Source of the DNA: Candidatus Nanoarchaeia archaeon
GTDB lineage: Archaea; Nanobdellota; Nanobdellia; SCGC-AAA011-G17; GW2011-AR18
Assembly: GCA_035289905.1 (NCBI GenBank)
Contig: DATDVT010000026.1
Span: 1-53,777 of the forward strand
DNA: 53,777 nucleotides
Direction of reading: 5' to 3'
The notes under the pieces were generated by a model, which was given only the letters and a program-made list of their open reading frames with translations, was not told the origin of the DNA and did not search any database. This document shows positions 48,508-53,777 of this stretch, piece by piece (position 1 is the stretch's first letter; every line of letters starts with the position of its first letter). Both the position numbers and the translations under genes were made by a program.

Positions 48508-51500
48508 ATGGCTGAAGTCAAACTCAAAGTAATGGAAGCTCTCCAAGAAGAAGCTTATAAAGGTATTGTTAGAATAGATGCCCAAAATATGAGGGAGATG
48601 AATATTAGACCTGGAGACATTGTAGAAATAGAGGGCATAAGAAAAACAGTAGGAATTGCAGATAGAGCCTATCCTACAGATATCGGTCAAAATGTAATTC
48701 GTATGGATGGAATTTTAAGAAGAAATGCAAAAACATCATTAGGAGAAAATATAATAGTAAGAAAAGCTGAAGTAAAAGAAGCAATATCTGTAACAATTGC
48801 ACCAGCACAAACAAATATTTCAATACAAGCAGACCCACTTGTTTTTAAACGAGGATTATTAGGTAGACCAGTTTTAAAAGGAGACCAAATAGCTCTAGGT
48901 GGAACAACTAGAAGAAAAACAACAATGACTGGCTCCCCATTTGAAGATATATTTGACTTTTTCGAACAAGATTCAGGTTCACCATTTGGTTTCGGCAAAC
49001 TAAAATTTTTAATCCTAAACACAGAACCAAAAAATAATGCAGTAATTATCACAGAAAATACAAAACTGAACTTAAAATCAAAAATAGATGAAATACCAGA
49101 AGAAAAAGTAATTGACATCACATATGAAGATGTTGGTGGCCTAACTGAAGAAATAAAAAAAATAAGAGAAATGGTTGAACTTCCACTAAAACATCCAGAA
49201 ATATTTGAAAGATTAGGAATCCAACCACCAAAAGGAGTTTTACTTCATGGTCCACCTGGAACAGGTAAAACACTTTTAGCCAAAGCAGTAGCTAACGAAA
49301 CTAATGCTCAATTTATCCACCTAGATAGCCCAGCAGTCATGTCAAAATATGTCGGAGAAGCAGAAAGAAAAATAAGATCTGTATTCCAAGAAGCAGAAAA
49401 AAATGCACCAAGCATAATATTTATAGATGAAATAGATGCCATTGCAATAAAAAGAGAAGAAAGTTATGGCGAAGTTGAAAGACGAGTAGTAGCCCAACTA
49501 CTTGCAACAATGGATGGTCTAAAAGCAAGAGGTAAAGTAATTGTGATCGCTGCAACAAATAGACCAAACTCAATTGATCCAGCACTAAGACGTCCAGGAA
49601 GATTTGATAGAGAAATAGAAATTGGTGTTCCTAAACCATCTGCTAGATTAGACATATTAAAAATTCATACAAGAACAATGCCCTTAAACGAAGATGTTAA
49701 TTTAAAAGAAATTGCTGATTTAACACACGGTTTTGTTGGAGCTGACTTAGAATCATTATGTAAAGAAGCAGCTATGATTGTCCTAAGAAGATTGCTTCCA
49801 GATATCCAATATAAAAAAGAAGAACCAATACCTAAAGAAATTTTAGAAAAATTAATAATATCAGACAAAGATTTAAAAGAAGCATTAAAGGTTGTAAGGC
49901 CCTCAGCATTAAGAGAAGTATTTATAGAAACACCAAATATATCATGGGAAGATATTGGTGGTCTAGAAAAACTAAAACAAGATTTAAAAGAAGCGGTAGA
50001 ATTGCCATTAAAACACCCTGAAGTCTTCAAAAATTTAGGAATAAAACCACCAAAAGGAATTCTAATGTATGGCCCACCTGGAACAGGCAAAACACTTTTA
50101 GCTAAAGCAGTAGCAAAAGAATCTGAAGCTAATTTTATTTTGATCAAAGGTGCAGAATTACTCTGCTTAGATGGAAATACAAATGTATTTACTGATTTTT
50201 GTGGTGTGAGAAAGATCAGTGAAGTATATGATAATATGAAAAAAATAAGTAAAATTATTAAAAAAACACAAGATATAGAAATAAGAAAAATTGAAAAACC
50301 AGCATATGGTTATGCTCTTAATGAAAAAGGAAAGATTATAAAAACAAAAATAAATAAGATCTATAAATTATGGGTCGATGAAACATATAAACTAAAATTC
50401 AAAGATAATAATGAATTGATTATATCCAAAAATCAACCACTTTACACATTTAGAGATGGAGAAATAAAATGGATAAAGACTGAAGATTTAAAAGAAGGGG
50501 ATTTTGTCGCAAAACCTACGAAAATACCTTTCTTCAACAAAGAAATTAAAATAGAGTTACCAAAATATAAACACCTAAAATTAATAAAAGAAGACAATAA
50601 TTATTATCACACAAAAATATTTTCCACAAAGCAAATTACAAAACTTCCAAAAAAACTAGATAAAAATCTTGCATCATTCCTAGGATGGTTTGTAGCTGAA
50701 GGTAATATTTCTAAAGGAGATGTAGTCATTTGTAATACCCAAGAAAGAAATAAAGAAGAAATAAAAAAATTATTTGAAATATTCACTGAAAAAGAAAGAA
50801 TACAAGAATCAAAAAAGAAAGTAGCGATTTCTTCTACACCTCTAGTCAAATATTTAGAAAACATATTCGAAATGAAATTGGGTGCAAAAAAGAGTCATAG
50901 TATCATCATCCCCTCAATAATAAGCAAGAGTAATAAAGAAATAATAAGTTCTTTCATAAATGCTCTGTATAAAGGCGATGGTCATATAGATAACCAAAAA
51001 ATAGAATATGGCACAATGAGCAAAAAAGTAGCTGAAGTATTAAGCTATCTACTTTTAAACTTTGAAATAAAAAACAAATATTGGCAAAGAAGTGACGGTA
51101 TGCACCTCATTACAATTAGTGGTCAAAGAGAAATAAATAAATTTAAGAATAGTATATTAAATGAAAACAATAGCTTGGAAGTTAGAAACGAATATAATGC
51201 ACAATATATAATTCCTCCTATAAGTAAATATTTAAAATATTGTAAAGAAAAATTAAATATTTATTATGATAAAGAAGTAAAAGACGGTTCATTTGAACAT
51301 ATAATAAGTGGAAGAAGAAAATGTGGTTTATTACGTCTAAAAAAACTAATGGTTATAATAAATAAATATGCAACAAAAGAATTCAAAAAAGATAAAATTT
51401 TCAATAATTTACAAAAAATAGCCACAAGTGATTTAAGTTGGACAAGTATTAAATGTAAAACTAAAGCTGAACCTAGGATAATGTATGATTTTGAAACAGA

Positions 51501-52173
51501 ACATGGCTCATTTATAGGAGGCAAATTACCTATAATATTACATAACTCTAAATGGGTGGGAGACTCAGAAAAAGCAGTAAAGAAAATCTTTGAAAAGGCA
51601 CGTCAAACCTCGCCAACAATAATCTTTTTTGATGAAATAGATGCAATAGTTCCAAAACGAGGTCGTTCACACGACTCTGGTGTAACAGAACGAGTAGTAA
51701 ATCAAATGTTAACTGAAATTGACGGTTTAATAGAATTAAACGATGTTTTAGTAATTGGAGCAACAAATAGGCCAGATATAATAGATCCTGCATTACTGAG
51801 ACCAGGAAGATTTGACAGAATTATATTAACACAAACACCAGACGAAAAAGCAAGACTATCAATTCTAAAAATTCACACAAAAAATACACCACTTGCTTCA
51901 GATATAGACTTAAATAAAATAGCAAAAGAAACAGAAAATTATGTTGGAGCAGATTTAGAATCCTTATGCAAAGAAGCAGGAATGTTAGCACTAAGAGAAG
52001 ATATAAACGCAAAAGAAGTCAAAATGAAACATTTCAAAGAAGCATTAAAAAAAGTAAGAGCCTCAGTAACAGAAGAAGACATTAAAAAATACGAAGAAAT
52101 TGAAGCTAATTATATAAAAACTGCAAGAGGCGGAGCAATAAGAGAAAAAGATGTCCTTAGTTATATGGGTTAA
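48508..52173 (+). CDS. cdc48: CDC48/VCP-type AAA+ ATPase, interrupted by one intein in the D2 domain
   Basis: N-domain MAEVKLKV...GDIVEIEG. D1 Walker A GPPGTGKT with IIFIDEID; D2 GPPGTGKT with IIFFDEID. The extein is 760 aa of the 1221-aa ORF. Confidence 0.95.
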   Translation: MAEVKLKVMEALQEEAYKGIVRIDAQNMREMNIRPGDIVEIEGIRKTVGIADRAYPTDIGQNVIRMDGILRRNAKTSLGENIIVRKAEVKEAISVTIAPAQTNISIQADPLVFKRGLLGRPVLKGDQIALGGTTRRKTTMTGSPFEDIFDFFEQDSGSPFGFGKLKFLILNTEPKNNAVIITENTKLNLKSKIDEIPEEKVIDITYEDVGGLTEEIKKIREMVELPLKHPEIFERLGIQPPKGVLLHGPPGTGKTLLAKAVANETNAQFIHLDSPAVMSKYVGEAERKIRSVFQEAEKNAPSIIFIDEIDAIAIKREESYGEVERRVVAQLLATMDGLKARGKVIVIAATNRPNSIDPALRRPGRFDREIEIGVPKPSARLDILKIHTRTMPLNEDVNLKEIADLTHGFVGADLESLCKEAAMIVLRRLLPDIQYKKEEPIPKEILEKLIISDKDLKEALKVVRPSALREVFIETPNISWEDIGGLEKLKQDLKEAVELPLKHPEVFKNLGIKPPKGILMYGPPGTGKTLLAKAVAKESEANFILIKGAELLCLDGNTNVFTDFCGVRKISEVYDNMKKISKIIKKTQDIEIRKIEKPAYGYALNEKGKIIKTKINKIYKLWVDETYKLKFKDNNELIISKNQPLYTFRDGEIKWIKTEDLKEGDFVAKPTKIPFFNKEIKIELPKYKHLKLIKEDNNYYHTKIFSTKQITKLPKKLDKNLASFLGWFVAEGNISKGDVVICNTQERNKEEIKKLFEIFTEKERIQESKKKVAISSTPLVKYLENIFEMKLGAKKSHSIIIPSIISKSNKEIISSFINALYKGDGHIDNQKIEYGTMSKKVAEVLSYLLLNFEIKNKYWQRSDGMHLITISGQREINKFKNSILNENNSLEVRNEYNAQYIIPPISKYLKYCKEKLNIYYDKEVKDGSFEHIISGRRKCGLLRLKKLMVIINKYATKEFKKDKIFNNLQKIATSDLSWTSIKCKTKAEPRIMYDFETEHGSFIGGKLPIILHNSKWVGDSEKAVKKIFEKARQTSPTIIFFDEIDAIVPKRGRSHDSGVTERVVNQMLTEIDGLIELNDVLVIGATNRPDIIDPALLRPGRFDRIILTQTPDEKARLSILKIHTKNTPLASDIDLNKIAKETENYVGADLESLCKEAGMLALREDINAKEVKMKHFKEALKKVRASVTEEDIKKYEEIEANYIKTARGGAIREKDVLSYMG
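50164..51546 (+). mobile_element. CDC48 intein: 461 aa, LAGLIDADG type, with a non-canonical block B
   Basis: Inserted in LIKGAELL|[10 protein letters not shown]. Begins [18 protein letters not shown] motifs LGWFVAEGN and [11 protein letters not shown], ends [22 protein letters not shown] with +1 Ser. Block B reads ISKNQPLY (Ser/Gln where TxxH is expected). Confidence 0.88.
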
Positions 52174-52203
52174 ATTTATTAACAAAAATATTTCTTTCTA
52201 TTT

Positions 52204-52467
52204 ATGTTTAAAAGAACTTCAAAAAAATTAACAACGGAAGAAATAAAAAAAATAAAAACCTATATAAAACTAATCTATTTATGGTTCAAATCCAAAAAAG
52301 AACCAGAAGAATTAATAATTGAACAAGCAAACAAATTATATACAAACAAGATCGAAGAAAGAAGAATTATAATAAATATACTAAACGAGCTTATTCCTTT
52401 ATTAGAAAGATACAAATATTCTCTAAAAAAAGAAATAGAGATCGCAACTAAAATTCTAAAAAAATAA
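52204..52467 (+). CDS. Small basic helical hypothetical protein
   Basis: 87-aa ORF with no motif recognised. Confidence 0.4.
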   Translation: MFKRTSKKLTTEEIKKIKTYIKLIYLWFKSKKEPEELIIEQANKLYTNKIEERRIIINILNELIPLLERYKYSLKKEIEIATKILKK

Positions 52468-52508
52468 AAAATAATTAAATTTATATATTTCTTTAAAGAA
52501 TAAATCTT

Positions 52509-52694
52509 ATGACAAACAAAGAAATAATATTAGAGGAAATAATCAATTTAGCAAAAAATATAGAAATATTTTCAAAGCAGGGAGAACTAAACTTTACAAG
52601 AGCAGAAGTAAAACAATTCTTAGACAGTATAGAACTATTGACAATAGAACTTAATAACCTAAATAGAAAAATCAAAAAACTTAAAGTGTCATAA
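52509..52694 (+). CDS. Small coiled-coil hypothetical protein
   Basis: 61-aa ORF. Its 3' end overlaps the convergent map gene by 14 nt. Confidence 0.3.
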   Translation: MTNKEIILEEIINLAKNIEIFSKQGELNFTRAEVKQFLDSIELLTIELNNLNRKIKKLKVS

Positions 52695-53553
52695 CATCAC
52701 AACCATCTTTAGTAATTAAAACAGTATGTTCTGCCTGACTAACTATTCCTCCACTTCTTTCAACTAAATGTGGATAACTATAAAGAAGATTACTTAAACT
52801 CCTTAAAGCCATATTGACCTTAAATTCTGAAAATTTACCTAATAAATGTCTCTTAGAAAAAGGTAATGTCTTCCTTTCATTCCAAATATATTCTAATATC
52901 CGCCTACTACTCATATCTCTCACATTTTTCTTTTCAATCAGTCTATAAATATCAGAAACCTTACCATCTCTAACAAAACCATCTCCATTAGTTGCAAAAG
53001 GTTCAATTGCAATAACCATCCCCTCAACTAATTTATTCTTTTCACTACTATCATAATTTGGAATATTAATGCCTGAATGAACCATATACCGCTCCATACT
53101 ATGCCCTGACAAATTTTTAATAGGAAAAAAACCCATCTCTCTAATCTCCCCCTCAATCACTCTTCCAACCTCAGCTAAAGTAATCCCAGCTCTTATAACA
53201 TTTATTGCCTCCTTCAGAGCATTCTCTGCAGCCTGAATTATTTCAGATTTATCACAACCAATACAAACACTAACAGCTGTATCTCCAATTGCTCCATTAA
53301 CAGCAACCCCCAAATCCAATTTTACTAAATCATTTTTTTTAAAAATAGCTATATCATTATTATAAGCCGCATAATGCGCAGCTATTTCATTCAAAGAAAT
53401 CTGAACAGGAAAAGCAAGTTCTCCATTATTATCCAAAATATATTTTTCTATCTTTTCAGTAACCTCTAATAAAGAAGCATTCTCTTTAATTAACTTTTTA
53501 CCATAATCCCTCGCACTAGAAGTCAGTTTTCCAGCCTTATACCAATCTTCCAT
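52681..53553 (-). CDS. map: Methionine aminopeptidase, type 2 (archaeal)
   Basis: Metal-ligand contexts DLVKLDLGVAVNGAIGDTA, LSGHSM, VIAIEPF and QAEHTVLIT. ATG 53553 (MEDWYKAGK) preferred over TTG 53571. Confidence 0.9.
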   Translation of the reverse strand: MEDWYKAGKLTSSARDYGKKLIKENASLLEVTEKIEKYILDNNGELAFPVQISLNEIAAHYAAYNNDIAIFKKNDLVKLDLGVAVNGAIGDTAVSVCIGCDKSEIIQAAENALKEAINVIRAGITLAEVGRVIEGEIREMGFFPIKNLSGHSMERYMVHSGINIPNYDSSEKNKLVEGMVIAIEPFATNGDGFVRDGKVSDIYRLIEKKNVRDMSSRRILEYIWNERKTLPFSKRHLLGKFSEFKVNMALRSLSNLLYSYPHLVERSGGIVSQAEHTVLITKDGCDVMTL

Positions 53554-53600
53554 AGCACTTAATAAAATCAAATTTATATAAAATTATCTAAACAAAAGGC

Positions 53601-53611
53601 TCTGTCCTAAA
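53601..53611 (-). promoter_or_regulatory. Copy 3 of motif TTTAGGACAGA (read on the minus strand), 19 nt upstream of the map TATA box
   Basis: The plus strand reads TCTGTCCTAAA. The map TATA TTTTATATAAA (53572-53582) is centred about 25 nt upstream of ATG 53553. Confidence 0.5.
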
Positions 53612-53676
53612 TTTTTTAAAAATATTTATTAATTTTTTTTAATCAACTTTATTAATTGCTAAAGTTTAATTAATTT

Positions 53677-53777
53677 ATGAATAAGAAAGGTAGTTTTGGA
53701 ATATTTATTACTATTACTACAGTTGTTTGTTTCTTTATTGGTTATGTTATCTGGCCTATTAATACTATAGAAATAAT
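53677..53777 (+). CDS. 5' part of a gene with an archaeal class III (type IV pilin-like) signal peptide; runs off the window
   Basis: MNKKG|SFGIFITITTVVCFFIGYVIW: a short basic N-terminus, Gly before the putative prepilin-peptidase site, then a hydrophobic helix. Confidence 0.45.
   Translation, partial: MNKKGSFGIFITITTVVCFFIGYVIWPINTIEI

Noticed and set aside
48445-52012. Minus-strand ORFs opposite cdc48 (48445..48690, 48687..49121, 49464..49655, 49665..50147, 50607..50864, 51264..51524, 51548..51793, 51821..52012)
   Set aside because: They are antisense shadows of the CDC48/intein frame, with low-complexity Ser/Leu/Phe-rich translations.
1-53777. tRNA, rRNA, RNase P/SRP RNA genes
   Set aside because: In this very AT-rich sequence such genes would stand out as GC-rich structured islands. 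None of the intergenic gaps contains one.

Overview
AT-rich archaeal chromosomal window. Gene content, TATA boxes about 25-28 nt upstream of start codons and many small genes suggest a DPANN-like, small-genome archaeon, but that taxonomy is inference. Most of it is information-processing genes: topoisomerase VI B+A, MCM, an RPA32-like OB-fold protein, aIF2-beta, TBP, a class I (Ile-type) tRNA synthetase, RFC small+large, a HerA/FtsK-like ATPase, Fen1, a type IA topoisomerase, RadB, CDC48 and methionine aminopeptidase. Five inteins interrupt three P-loop ATPase genes (MCM x2, HerA-like x2, CDC48 x1). Accessory content includes a toxin-antitoxin/stress island at 10.4-15 kb (J-domain protein, RelE-like toxin with small antitoxin, class II Fic, nucleotidyltransferase with a small partner, M3-like peptidase). 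There is also a decayed TnpB gene and gene debris at 7.38-7.59 kb. No rRNA, tRNA or CRISPR array was recognised. Four signals stand out. (1) The central 37 kb (7.7-44.4 kb) has silent-site strand composition opposite to both flanks, switching inside two intergenic gaps. (2) An unrecognised membrane-protein family occurs as three translationally coupled tandem paralogs (4741..6431) and again as the N-terminal anchor of an 827-aa protein. (3) That 827-aa protein is translationally coupled to a 1208-aa partner with no signal peptide, and both are built from the same beta-sandwich repeat (36097..42191). (4) An 11-nt motif TTTAGGACAGA occurs three times, each just upstream of a TATA-like box. All family assignments are by-eye motif recognition; no database search was run.
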